Below, piece by piece: positions 1-12,698 of a stretch of 64,000 nt of DNA. The notes under the pieces are model-generated. The model worked only from the letters and a program-made list of their open reading frames with translations, was not told the origin of the DNA and did no database searches. This DNA comes from Hemiscyllium ocellatum. Its lineage: Eukaryota. Made by a program: the position numbers and the translations under genes. Each line of letters starts with the position of its first letter. Within the stretch, counting starts at the first letter, position 1. The stretch is taken from contig NC_083435.1 of assembly GCF_020745735.1 (NCBI RefSeq), positions 18,847,231 to 18,911,230 of the forward strand. Reading direction: 5' to 3'.

Positions 1-224
1 ATACTTCTGATATAGTCTAACCAAGGCTTTGTATAGGTTTACACATTTCCTCTCTGTTTTACTCTTTCCCTGTATTTTCAGAGCATTTTTTAAACCTGGT
101 TACTACATGTCAGTAACTTGTGTAAATATATGGGATGCTTGAATGTTTTTGTTCTTAGCTTGTTCACTAATTGAACGCTTTGTTTAAGTTTGTTTGATAT
201 AAACCAACCTTTGAAAAGTTCTAG

Positions 225-430
225 GCTGACACTCCATTGCAGTACTAAGGGAGTTCTCCACTGATGGAAACAGTGCCATGTCTCTGATAAGGCATTGGCT
301 GAGATTCCAGTCTTCCCTCGCAGATGATGCTCCAAGATCCCATGGCATAATATCGAAGAAGAGCAGATGAGTTGACCAAGTGCCCTGGCCATTATTTATC
401 CCTAAAGTAACAGCATGAAAGTAGCTTAGT
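225..430 (+). mobile_element. Degenerate DeuSINE-like (AmnSINE1/SacSINE1-type) SINE fragment
   Basis: Motifs cagtactaagggagt...gatcccatggcat...gaagaagagcag...ctggccattatttatccct resemble the Deu central domain, from memory; a related copy lies at about 50630-50900. Confidence 0.45.
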
Positions 431-1707
431 AGTGTTTGCAATGCTTCTGATTCTGGAAACTTTGTTGTGATGAACTGCCATGTCTTTACTATATTAAAAT
501 GATAACTCCATTTCAATATATTTCACAGGCTGTAAACAGCTTTGAGATATTTGCTAGTCTGGAAAGGGTCTTAAAGAAATGCCAGATTTCTTTTAACCTT
601 TACTTATGCTAGCTTTCTCGAATCAGTTCAACTATTTCGAACATTTTTAGTTACAGATCCAGTTACTTTCCCACAACAGAGTTAAGATGATCATGTCTGT
701 AATATGTTGATCTCTGTCACCCTCTTCTTTATACATTGCAGAGTGAAATTTTTCAGTCAAGAACAATAATTTCTGAATTGAGCAATCTTTGAAAAACCAT
801 GGTCAGCCATACTGAGATTTGTCAATAGTTAATAATACTTTCTGTGGGACAGTGGCACAATGTGAATTACTAATCAGTATAACCAGTGTAGACATGATGG
901 GTCAAATGGCCGCCTTGACATCTCTGTGAATGTTGGTAAATATATTTTTCATGGGTCATTGTTTCAATTTAAAAATAACCACAGAATCATTCATTCATCT
1001 TCTCAGGTCAAGAATTTCAAGTTGTGTATGTTTCCATCCCCCCTTTTGAAGCAAAGCCTCCTCTGCTGATAACCAATAACAGATTTTATTTTGAATTTTA
1101 CCTAATTTTCTTAATTAACCTATTTAGGGATATTATTCTGCACCTCTAGAGCAGGTGGGACTTGAACCTGGGCCTCTTAGTCCAGGGTATGGATGCTACC
1201 ACCATGCAACAACAGGACCCACAGATGGATTATGAAGGATGGTATAAGATGCATCCAACCTTAAATTAGGCCGCACTGGACTTCTAACATGATAGTGCCT
1301 CAAATCTTGTGAGAGGCCAAGCCACTCAGATCTGTGTACTATTCCAATCATGGTGTGTATTGTTTTTTGTGTAATAAGTAACTGTTATTTGTTGAGAGTA
1401 TATTGGCAGCAGCTTGTGAAAATGTTCAAGGACAGACCTATACAATAAACAAAGGAAAAAAACCTACGAGCTATCAAACCTGATTTTCTTCCGGGGTATG
1501 ATTTGTCCAGTGTTGCTATGAATTGCAATTGTAATATTGCAACAAATGAAAACTCCAAGTCAATCCATTAGAAATGTGCAAAGCTGAGCAAGCTGTATGT
1601 CAGCTGAGAAATACAAAATTGAAATGAAATTCAGTCACTTTGGAATCTGATGGCTATGAGTCTGTCCTGTCTTCCTCTCCTTGATGCTCCTCATGGACCA
1701 CATCAGG

Positions 1708-1978
1708 TTTAGATTAGATTGCTTACAGTGTGGAAACAGGCCCTTCAGCCCAACAAGTCCACACCGACCTGCCGAAGCTCAACCCATTATTTACCCCTTC
1801 ACCTAACACTATGGGCAATTTAGCATGGCCAACCCACCTAACTAGCACATTTTTGGACTGTGGGAGGAAACTAGAGCACCCAGAGGAAACCCACGCAGAC
1901 ACGGGGAGAACGTACAAACTCCACACAGACAGTCGCCCGAGGCGGGAATTGAACCACTGTGCCACCGTACTGCCCACA
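1708..1978 (-). mobile_element. HE1-type tRNA-derived SINE (V-SINE family)
   Basis: Reverse complement of the repeat seen intact at 25465-25757; ttagattaga tail; head internally deleted. Confidence 0.85.
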
Positions 1979-2399
1979 CCTTCACATTCATTCTCATCCA
2001 ACACATCACATCCATTTCCCCTCCCCCTGTTCTGGGCTGCATTTCATGATAACGCATGACTGGTTCACACATTAGAACCTCATCTTCGGTAGCTCTGTGA
2101 TCCATTTCACATGGTCCCAGGTCAAAGCATGAGCAGCATTAGACCTTTTCTCTGTGGCAGTCTGAAGATTTCTCAGAGAAGTCAAATGGGCTAGGTTTGG
2201 AATGAAAAACAGTCGTCACTCAATAACTGTTCTTGGGTGAGCCAAGGGTTTAGGAAAAAGGATGCTAACACCTATGAATGCTCCAATACATACAAGTCAT
2301 GGCAGCCCTCTGGGTATCTGAAGTAGACAAGCAAGATCTGACTGTTAAAGGCAAAAATCTGTTGAACGTCAAAGAACTGAAATCCTCTTTTTTAAATTC

Positions 2400-2600
2400 A
2401 CTGATAGGATATAGCATTTTATTACCTATCCCTAATTGTCCTTGGGGAGGTGGTGAGCTGCCCTTTTGAACCGCTGTGCTTCATGCGGTACAGTAGACCC
2501 ACTAGGCTGTTAGGGAGGGAGTTCCAGGATCTTGCCTGAGCATCATTCAAGGAACATATTTCTAAATCAGAATGGTGAGTGGCTTGGTGATGGTCATCCC
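2400..2600 (-). mobile_element. L2-like LINE 3' end remnant
   Basis: cattttattacctatccctaattgtcc...gggagggagttccaggat; related to 29085-29200 and 32090-32560. Confidence 0.4.
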
Positions 2601-3187
2601 ATGTATCTGAATTAATTAAACTTTTTGTTTTGTATTTCATGATTCACTTGTAAGCATTTCTTTAGTCATAGTGATTTTTTTTGATAGAGAGATAGCTTTC
2701 TGAACTAATGGATTTTTTTCTACGTTAGGAGAATTTTGATTTGATTTGATTTATTGTATTCTCATGTAACTAAGTACAGTGAAAAGCTTCATTTTGTGAG
2801 CAGTACATGCAGATCATGTACAAGGACATAGAGACAATAGGGTGCTGAGACAAAGTGAGGCATACAAATTTACAACTGCATAGGAGGTGCACAAAGCAAG
2901 ATCCACATTAGCAAGGTCAACATTATTTGAAGTTAGAGAGGTCCATTCAGCAGTCTAATAATGGCAGGGAATAAGCTGTTCTTGAACCTCTTGGTGCTGT
3001 GTTCAAACAACTTCTGACTGATGGAAGATGTCAGAAGAGAGCATTACTAGGGTGGGAGAGGTCTTTGATGGTGTTGGCAGTTTTTCTGCAGCAACAAGAA
3101 GCAACAATGGAGTTCTTGGATTGGACGTTGCCCTTCCATGATAGTCTGGGCTGTGCACACAACTTTCTGTAGGTGTTGTACTGGGTA

Positions 3188-3305
3188 AAAACAAGGACTG
3201 CAGATGCTGGAAACTACAGTCTAGATTAGAGTGGTGCTGGAAAAGCACAGCAGGTCAGGTAGCATCCGAGAAGCAGGAAAAACGATGTTTCGGGCAAAAG
3301 CCCGT
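3188..3305 (-). mobile_element. Penelope-derived short element (family B), hammerhead truncated
   Basis: aaggactgcagatgctgg...gatgtttcgggcaaaagccc; the CUGA half of the core is missing. Confidence 0.7.
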
Positions 3306-4328
3306 GTTGTACTAGGCCTTATGCACTTGGATAGAATGCCTTCGACAGTGCATCTGTAAAAGTTGGTGAGGGTCCTTTTGGACGTGCCGGATTTCCTAAG
3401 TCAGCTGAGGAAAAGAGACATTGTAGGAGAAGACGTAGACCATACAGTCCATCAAGATTCAATGAGATTGTGGCTGGTCTGATTATCTTTAATTCCACTT
3501 TCCTGCCTTTACCCCACAACCCTTGATTCTCCAGACTGCCAGCAGTCATTTGAGTTTCTTAGCCAGTACCGAAACATTTGCTCCAATGTCAAGTTTAAAT
3601 TTAGTTGGAAAACTAAAAGGTGTAGTAGGAATAGTGGAAGACCACAATGGAGGTTGAGTTATAAACTTAGAAAAGATAAGTGACAACTTTTTGCACTATA
3701 CTAAGACAGGAGATAGAAGTGTGTAATGGGACACATTGCAATAATAAACAGGGAACATTTTATCAGACACTAAGTTACAAGTAGAGGATATAAAATCAGG
3801 AGGTTAATAAGATGCAAGAGGTGCACCAAGAGAATTAATTTGACAAAAAAATTGCTTCCCCAGAGCAGATAGTTTCTCTTGCATAGACAAAACTTAAAAG
3901 AAGTCCAAACAGCATTTCTTATTAATAGGATGAGGGATCCTAATAGAAGCTTAACAACAAGCACCCCTGTGCTCTGCGGGTGTTGTAAAGGGAAGAGGGA
4001 GTGAGTGTATGCACACTATTGGACATGGATTTGTGATAAGCTTCATAGGAGTTTAAGGTGACAAATTTACAGTAATGCCTTGTATACTTTTGTAAAGTTT
4101 TCAAACAAAACATCCATTTGGCTTTGGCGTGAGGCAGCTTCCTGGGTGCTCTCTGCAAACTGCTTCACCAACAAGTGAAGATTCTGGAAAATGCTGTCTT
4201 ATAATTCTTACTCCATCTTAACTAACAATACCACAAAGCTAGATAATAAAATGTCACTGGGTACTTCTTTGGAGCATTATGGCCCTGAGAAACAAAGGAA
4301 ATGTCAAATGATCAAACACTTTTTTATT

Positions 4329-4860
4329 GAGTCATAGAGATGTATAGCATGGAAACAGACCCTTCGGTCCAACTTGTCCATGCCGATCAGATATCCTTAC
4401 CTAATATAGTCCCATTTGCCACCACTTGGCCCATATCCCTTTAAATCCTTCCTATTCATATACCCATCCAGGTGCCTTTTAAATGCTGTAATTGTACCAG
4501 GCTTCATCACTTACTCTGGCAGCTCATTCCACACACGCACCACCCTCTGCATGAAAAAGTTGACTCTCATGTCCCTTTTATATCTATCCCCACTTATCCT
4601 AAACCTCTGCCCTCTATTTCTGAACTCCAGGGAAAAGACCTTGCCTATTTATCCTACCCACACCCCTCATGACTTTACAAACCTCTACAAGGTTCCAGGG
4701 AAAGCAGCCCCAGCCTATTCAGCCTCTCGCTATATCTCAAATCTTCCAACCCTGGCAACATGCTTGAAAATCTTTTCTGAACCCTTTCAAGGTTCACAAT
4801 ATCCTTGATAGGAATGAGACCAAATTGCAAGCAATATTCCAAAAGTAGCCTAACCAATGC
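4329..4860 (-). mobile_element. HER1/CR1-type LINE 3' fragment
   Basis: gagtcatagag tail; ORF 4675-4857 LLEYCLQF...LERVQKRF...RLNRLGLLSLE is the typical CR1 ORF2 C-terminus. Confidence 0.9.
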
Positions 4861-5786
4861 TGATCTTGGCCACTTTGTATGCCTTCTCTTTCAATTTGAT
4901 AGCCTCCCTTATTTCCTTAGATACCCATGACAGATTACACCTTTTCTTACGGTCCTCCCTTTCACTGGAATATACTTTTGCTGAGCACTTTGAAAAATTG
5001 TCTTGAAAGTACTCCACTGCTCATCAACTGTCCCACCATAAAATCTTTGTTTGCGGTCTACTTTAGCCAAGTCCTCCCTCATTTTATTTGTTGTCCAGCT
5101 TATTCAAGCTTAGGACCCTGATATTTGTTTTTATCTTCACACTATCTATCTAAATTATTATTCTAATTTCAACCATACTGTGATCACTCCTTCCAAGAGG
5201 ATCCCTAACTATAAGGTCATTAATTATTCCCATCTCATTCCACAGGATCAGACCTAGGGTAGCTTGCTCTCCCATCGGTTCCATTAAATACTGACTCAGC
5301 CTGAAACCATGAATGAGCTGCCAGAGGAAGTGGAGGCGTCTGGTACAATTACAGAATTTGAAGGGTATCCTTCTGGCCAACTCGTCCACACAACCAGACA
5401 TCCTAAATTAATCCAGTTCCACTTGCCAACACCAGGCCCAAATCCCTCCCACTCCTACAACCATCCAGATACCCTTCAAATTCTGTAATCATTTCAGCCA
5501 ATTGTTTCTGACACTATTATGAATACTTGGCTAAATTCTAAAAGCTCCAGAATAATTCATCTCATGGAGGTACAATGTTGACAGATTGATTGACAGTCTT
5601 AACAAGTTATTAAAGGATTGTCTTTGATATAATTGTTGTGATAGAGGTAAATGTGCTTTTATAAGTGTGATTAAATGTTGCCCAATGACATTTTCAAAGC
5701 TTTTTTTCAAGAACTCTGTTTGGATTCGAGCATTAATAGCTTTTTAGATGTATGAAATTAGTTTATTTTGGTGTCCATATGAAAGA

Positions 5787-6015
5787 GGAGAAAGTGAGGA
5801 CTGCAGATGCTGGAGATCAGAGCTGAAAATGGGTTACTGGAAAAGCGCAGCAGGTCAGGTAGCATCCAAAGAGCAGGAGAATCGATGTTTCGGGCATGAG
5901 CGCTTCTTCAGAAATGAAGCCCTTCCTGAAGCAGAGCTCATGCCCAAAATGTCGATTCTCCTGCTCCTTGGATGCTGCCTGACCTGCTGCGCTTTTCCAG
6001 TAACACATCTTCAGC
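5787..6015. mobile_element. Palindromic Penelope-derived element (family B) with two opposed degenerate hammerheads
   Basis: Inverted arms about 5820-5915 and 5922-6017; TSD tccatatgaaaga at 5774-5786 and 6016-6028. Confidence 0.85.
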
Positions 6016-6329
6016 TCCATATGAAAGATACATCTATTGGGATCTGTCCAATGTGGACTCTGGGTGAATGGTTACAGAGAACACAAGGAATCATGCAAAG
6101 CATGAGAAGACATGAAAGGATCAGGGTGTACTACAGAAAGACATGGAAGGAAGATGGAGCATTTGAGAGAGCATGGAAGCATCGTGGGGTTATGTTAAGG
6201 CATATGGAATATAAGAGAAGATGGGATCACTAGGGATATGTGGGTGGGTTATGGAAGGGGTGGGTGAAAGAATATTTGAGGGTCTGCCATTCATCATTAA
6301 AATCAGGCTCAATGTCTCAATGGAGCCAT

Positions 6330-7380
6330 TCTAGATGGTCAGCTTGGTTATCTGTTTTACCCATTGCAACCTCAGATCTGCCTCCAGAGGCAGTGGATTC
6401 AATTCCAGCTCATTCTCATTGACAGCTGAGGAAATCATGCCAGGAACAACAGCAGACCAATTTAAAAATGAGGTGACAACCTGGTGAAACTACGACCAGG
6501 ACTATTGCCATGCCAAACAATATAAGCAGCAAATGATAGACAGACCTACGCGATCCCACAACCCATGGATCAGATCTAAGCTCTCCAGTCCTGCCACATC
6601 CAGTCTTGAATGCTGGTGGACAATTAAACAACTCATTAAAGGAGGAGGCTCCACAAATATCTCCATATATCAATCCCCGATGATGTAAGAGATGAACACA
6701 TCTGATAAGACTGATCCATTCACAGCAATCTTCAGCCGGAAGTGCCAGGTTGAAGATCCATCTCAGCCTCCTCCTGTGATCCCCAGCATCACAGATACCA
6801 GGCTTCAGCCAATTCAGTTCACTCCACGTGATATCAAGAAATGAATAGAAGCAAAGGCTTTGGGCCCTGACAATATTCCAGCAATAATACTGAAGATGTG
6901 AGCTTGCTGCTCCCCTATCCAAGCTGTTCTAGTGCAGCTACAACACTGGCATCTACCTGACAATGTGGAAATTTATACAGGTATGCCCTGTACACAAAAA
7001 GCAGCACAAATTCAAACTGATCAATAGCCTACTCTTGATAATCAGTAAAATGATGGAAAATGTCAGCAACTGTGCTGTTAAGCAGCACCTGCTCAGTGAT
7101 GCCCAGTTTGGGTTCCACCAGGACCACTCAGCTCCTGACCACATTACAATCTTGGATCAAACATGGACAAAAGAGCTGAATTCCAGAGGGGAGGTAAGAG
7201 TGAGAGCCCTTGACATCAAAGCCTCATTCAACCCAGTGTGGCATCAAGGTGCCATAGCAAAATTGGAATCAATTCGTATCAGGGCAAACCTCCCATTGGC
7301 TGGAGTCATAACTGACATATAGGAAGGTGGTTGTGATCATTGGGGATAGTCTTCTCAATTCCAGGACATCTGATCTCCAC
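6330..7380 (+). mobile_element. L2/CR1-group LINE reverse transcriptase fragment (degenerate)
   Basis: ORF 6963-7322 WK..QVCPVHKK...QFGFHQDHS...ALDIKASFNPVWHQG matches non-LTR RT motifs; gggccctgacaatattcca (GPDNIP) upstream. Confidence 0.85.
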
Positions 7381-7504
7381 CCCTACATTACTTCACGCCA
7401 ATCCCTGAGTAACCTGCTGCATAGTGGGTATCCTGGAATTCACCAGCATCTCTTGCATCCGCACCATCTTTAAAAGTCCATTGTACATCTGGAGTCAGGA
7501 GCTG

Positions 7505-7870
7505 TCGTAGAGCGGTAACGTCATGGAAACAGACCTTTTCATTCAACTCATCCATGCCGACCAGACATCCCAATGTGATCTCGTCCCATTTGCCAGCACT
7601 TGGCCCATCTCCCTCCGAACCCTTACTATTCATATACCCATCCAGATGCCTTTTAAATATTGTAATTTTCCCAGCCTACACCATTTCCTCTGGCAGCTTA
7701 TTCCATGTACACACACCACCCTCTGCGTGTAAAGGTACCCCTTAGGTCTCTTCTATATCTTTCCCCTTTCACCTTTTAACCTATGCCCCCTAGTTTTGGA
7801 CTCCCCCAACCTTGGGAGAAGACTATTGGCTATTCACCCTATCTGTGCCCCTCATGATTTTATAAATCTC
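7505..7870 (-). mobile_element. HER1/CR1-type LINE 3' fragment
   Basis: catggaaacagacc...cccatccagatgcc...ctcatgattttataa. Confidence 0.85.
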
Positions 7871-7949
7871 GATAAGAAGACTCAATCTAACCCAGCAACA
7901 GAGTTTCAATCACCTTGGGCGGGGCGGGGACGGGGGGGAGGAAACAGAG

Positions 7950-8356
7950 GGGTAGTGAGAGAGAGAGAGGTAGAGAAAGAGAGACAGAAAGAGAAAGAGG
8001 TAGAGAGAGAGCCACAGAGTGTGACAGAGAGAGAAAGAAACCCACACTGCTAACTGACACAGCAGTGAACCTGTGCAGTTACTGCTTTTGCTTTTGGACT
8101 TCATGTCTGGCTGGACTTCGGAGTGCATCTGGGAAAATTAACAAACAGTGATATTCACAACTGATCTTGGGGGAACCTGTTTGGGAGAGGTTACAGCACA
8201 GAAACAGATCAGTGAATAGTTTTAAGAGTGGCCTTGGGGAGTCTGCAATCATGAATAGTGTTAGGTCTTGATATTATATTTTGTTGAGATGTGTCTCTTG
8301 ATTAAACTTCAAAATATAAGCCATAAGTACTAAATTAGCCTGGAGCAGTGTTTTGT
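7950..8356. repeat. GA-rich microsatellite followed by LTR-like unique repeat
   Basis: (GA)n-like tract 7955-8040; the LTR call for 8040-8356 is from recollection only. Confidence 0.4.
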
Positions 8357-8695
8357 CATAGAATCATCGTGATGTACAGATAGAAACAGACTCTTCAGTC
8401 CAACTTTTCCATGCCATCCAGATATCCCAACCCAATCTAGTTCCACCTGCCAGCATTCGGCCATTATCCCACCAAACCCTTCTATTCATATGCCCATCCA
8501 GATGCCCTTTAAATGTTGCAATTGTACCAGCCTCCACCACTTCCTCTGGAAGCCCATTCCACACATGTGCCGCCCTTTGCGTAAAATGTTGCCCCGTTAG
8601 GTCTCTTTTATATCTTTCCCCTCTCACCCTAAACCTATGCCCTGTAGTTCTGGACTCCCTCACCTCAGGGAAAAGACCTTGTCAATTTACAAGAC
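8357..8695 (-). mobile_element. HER1/CR1-type LINE 3' fragment
   Basis: ORF 8364-8663 RTTGHRFRVRGERYKRDL...WNGLPEEVVEAGTI. Confidence 0.9.
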
Positions 8696-8749
8696 CTACA
8701 AATTTAATCTGACAAGCTCAATGTAACAAATGGCAGGTCCACACCAAAA

Positions 8750-9470
8750 TTGGTGCTATAGTGGACAGTGAAGAAGGTTATTTGAGGTTATGAAGAGGTC
8801 TTGATCAGTTGGGTCAATGGGATGAGGAGTGGCAGATGGAGTTTAATTTGGATAAATGTGAGGTATCACTAATTGTAAAACAAACAAGCGCAGGACTCAT
8901 TAAATTAATGGTAGGGTCCTGGGTAGCATTGTAAAACGGAGAAACTGAGTGGTTCAGGTGCGTGATTCTTTGAAATTGGTATCACAGGTAGAAAGGGTGG
9001 TTAAGAAAGCATTTAACACACTTGCTTTCACTGCTCAGATCTTTGAGTATTGGAGTTAGGACATCATATTAAGGTTGTATAGAGCATTGATGAGGCCTTT
9101 TCTGGAGTACAGTGTGCAGACCTGTTATGGAAGGATGTTATTAAATTGGATAAAGCTTAGAAAATATTTACCAGGATGTGGCCAGGAATGAAGGGCTTGA
9201 ATTATAAGAATAGACTGGATAGGCTGGGACCTCTCTCACTAGAGTGCGGGAGGTTGAGGGGTGACCTTATAGAGGTTTATAAAATCATGAGGGTCAGAGA
9301 TAAGGTGAACACCAAAGCTAAAAGACATTTAGATGAGTACGTGAATACAAAAACGTTGGAGGGATATGGGCCAAATGCAAGTAAGTGGGTGTCATTTAGT
9401 TTGGTAGTCAGTGTGGAACAGTTGGACCATACTGTCTGTTAACATACTGTATCATCCTCTATGACTCCCT
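8750..9470 (+). mobile_element. HER1/CR1-type LINE RT/3' fragment
   Basis: gtggcagatggagtttaat (WQMEFN); ORF 9176 RLDRLGPLSLECGRLRGDLIEVYKIM. Confidence 0.85.
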
Positions 9471-9719
9471 CTGGTAAGTTTTAATTTCTTGCATAAAATC
9501 TTGCTGAATCAGTGCATTTTGCAGCAGGACTTAGATATTTTTCCAACGACTCCAGCTTGAACGTGTTTTGCAGTGTATCTTGCAGGAAGGGCAAATTGCT
9601 GCACTGGAGACAAAGGATTATCTGGGACCTCAATAAATAACTGAACAACAGCCTAACCCTTTGGTGCAATATATAATGGCATGGATAGAAGACTGGGAGG
9701 CCAACAAGAAACAGAGAAT

Positions 9720-10680
9720 AGGCACGGGTTGACTAGATGTAGGAAGTGGTGTGCTACATAGATTAGTGCTAACACTCATTTTTTTGTAACTTATGTAAGA
9801 GGGTTGGATGAACAGACCAAAGCTAGAGTCACTAAATTTGCTGACAGCAGAAAGATAAATAGGAAAGCATGTTGTGAAGAGGAAATAAGGAGACTACAAA
9901 AGGATATAGATAGGAAAAGGTCTCGCAAATGCATTGCAATGATGGAAAATGTGAAGTTGTTCATTTTGGCAGGAATAAGAAGGCAATACATTATGGAAAT
10001 ATATTGCAGAGCTTGCAGAGCTCTGAGATGCAGAGGGGTCTTGGTGTTCTTATGCATGAATTGCAAAAGTTTTGTATGCAATTATAGCAAGTAATTGCAA
10101 AGGGAATTCTGTACAATAATAAGTAGGTTATTCATTAAACTGGGCAATGGTGAGGCCATATCTGGAGTAAAATATTAAGTAGTTATAGTCACAGTCCTGC
10201 CAGATCATCATTCTGCTTTTTCATTACAGAGAGACAACTGGTGTGGTTTAACCTAACAGACATCATGCCTCAGACAAGGGAGAAGAGTCCTTTGTGGTAA
10301 ACTCAGACACTGTAGGAATTGAGCTTACACACGGGAATTGATTAAAACATATACGATCCTCAGGAGTCTTAACAGTGTGCAGTGAGAGAAAATTTCTTGT
10401 GAGATCATGTCGAATTTGGGGCTATTGTTTAAAATGAGAAGTTTCTTGTTTAACACACAGATGAGGAGAAATATTTTATCACAATATATTCCTCAAAACA
10501 TGGTAGAAAAGGTTATTGAATATTTTAACGCACAGATGGATAACTTCTTGATGAGCAAAGGGGTGAAAGGTTATTAAAGGTAGGTGTTCCATCTTTTCAA
10601 TCAGATTCTTCATGAATAGTGGAGTAGCTTGAGGACCTAAATTGCTGCTCCTGTACCTAATTCATGGATTCAGAAAGGAA
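9720..10680 (+). mobile_element. Older CR1-type LINE RT fragment
   Basis: ORF 9804 VTKFADSRKI...LQKDID (KFADD-like motif), with downstream 3' region. Confidence 0.7.
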
Positions 10681-12654
10681 CTGAGAAACTTTGGAAAAGA
10701 AAATCATTGAATATAAATCATAGCAGATAAATCTTTATCCATGTCCATTTTTATATGGGATGGGAGCAGCTCAAGGGATCAACAGATGAAGAGAGAGGAT
10801 GGCAGAAGCTGCCATTCCCATAGCCTCCTCTGACAAGAATTATGGTCCTGGCTTTCAGGAGATGACTCTCTACCTGGATGTTCTTAAATATAGTACTTGG
10901 ACCACTGAACCTGTGAGGTAACAGCAGTGGCAATGACGTGCTGTCTGCTCCACTACATTTAGTATGGTCCCCACCTAATTCACTGGTATCAGCATGATCA
11001 CGCATGAGCCGTAATCCCACCAAGAAGTGCCAGTGCTGTGCATTCCTGGACAAATTGTTGATACACTCACTAAAAGGTAAGACCATATATATACTTTTTC
11101 TCATTTTTATCTTTCTTTAGCCAAGAACCCCAATCACCAGACTATTCCATCCAGCTGTAGTGTTTCACTCCATTGGGACTGCTGCCTCTTGCCTTTTATC
11201 CAACATTGCTCTTGTCATTGAGAACTGTCAATGTGACTGCCTCTCTACTCATTTTAACTTGTCTCCCTTTGAAAATCATGCACTCCACTTTGAGAACTAA
11301 CCGTGGATTTGATATGAACAGATGGCCTCGTTGTCTTGCACAGCCAGAGCACTAATCCTCAGAAACCTCTTGCTAAATCACCCTGGACCATGAATTTACA
11401 ACCGAACATTGTATCCAAGACTGGTGTTCATCCCTTCTGGAGTTCTTCCCTCCAGAGCCTTAGATATTCCTCAAACCTAAACAGCTCATTTCAAACACTT
11501 TCCCAACCCTTTGCCTATTCTCCTTGTCCTCCTCACAATTTGCTTTTCCACCCTTCCTTGTTGCCCAGTCAGTTATTGCCCACTCAGTCGGTCAAACTAC
11601 AGACACACACTGTCCCTTCACCCAGGTTATTAATACAGTTTGAAGTCTCATCACTGATCTCTCAAAGAGATCACCAGTTACTGTCTGCCAACCTGAAACT
11701 GACCTATTTATCCCAACTCTGTACTACAACCAAAACCTTGATCATTTACAGCAACCTTTCAGATGGCACCTTATCAAAATATCTTTACAGTATCCAAACA
11801 CACTACTGTACAGCAACGGGTTCTATTTTATCAATTCAGCTTGTTACATTCACAAAGAGCTAAAATTGTCAAATGCAGCTTCTCTTTCTTAAGGCCAATA
11901 CTCTGATTAATTATGTTATGATATTATGTTATTGAAAATGATCTGTTACTACTTGTTTAATACTAGAATTTTCTCAATGACTGAAATTAGATGAAATAGC
12001 CTACAGTTTCTTAACTGAGCATTGCATTTGTTGGTTTTCAATCTACTGGATAATCCATCATCTACAGAGTGTGAGGATGTAATCCAAAAATATTGAAAGT
12101 TTCCATTATTTCTTAAATCAAAAATAATCATCATAAACCTACCAGCAATATTGCGTGCACAGTCAATTAATGGCCTTATCGTTGGTTTCTCCTGTTGGAA
12201 AGATGGAAAATCTCCTCTGCAAAAGATAATGTGTTACCATATATTTTTGATCCTTTCAGAGCCAGTTATAAGGAGCAGAATTTTCTTTTTGAGATTAACG
12301 GTGGAGGTAGGCATAAAAGCGAGAGGGCCTTCCACTCAATGGCAATTTGGGTTTTTCTGTGCAATTATGTTCTTCTCAGCTCCTTACATTTGCTTGCACA
12401 GGTAAAGCATGAAATTACATAAGCAGACAGTTCTGAAGCCTGCTAGGACATGCTGGACTTCAACATCAGGGTGTCATGCTTTAAATCTCACAACTCATTT
12501 ATCTATTGTCACTGCCAAACAGCCCTGGAGATGCCAGAGAGCAGGGAAAACTTGGCACTGTGCATTAGTAATGCTTCCCTAGAGATTCATCTAAAGACTG
12601 CTTAAGAGCTAAGAGAAGTTGTTGTGGTTGTGTTCGCCGAGCTGAAAGTTTTTA

Positions 12655-12698
12655 CTGCAAACGTTTCGTTCCCTGGCTAGGGAATATCATCAGTGCTG
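12655..12698 (-). ncRNA. Minimal type I hammerhead ribozyme (3' pLTR)
   Basis: GCA CUGAUGA U AUUCCCU AGCC AGGGAAC GAAAC GUU UGC; stem II closing pair is mismatched (A-C). Confidence 0.75.

Noticed and set aside
11336-11863. 175-aa + strand ORF
   Set aside because: No motif or splice structure recognised; probably a decayed retroelement
12260-12306. AG...GT-bounded 47-bp open segment resembling a small exon
   Set aside because: No partner exons or recognisable peptide; such signals arise by chance
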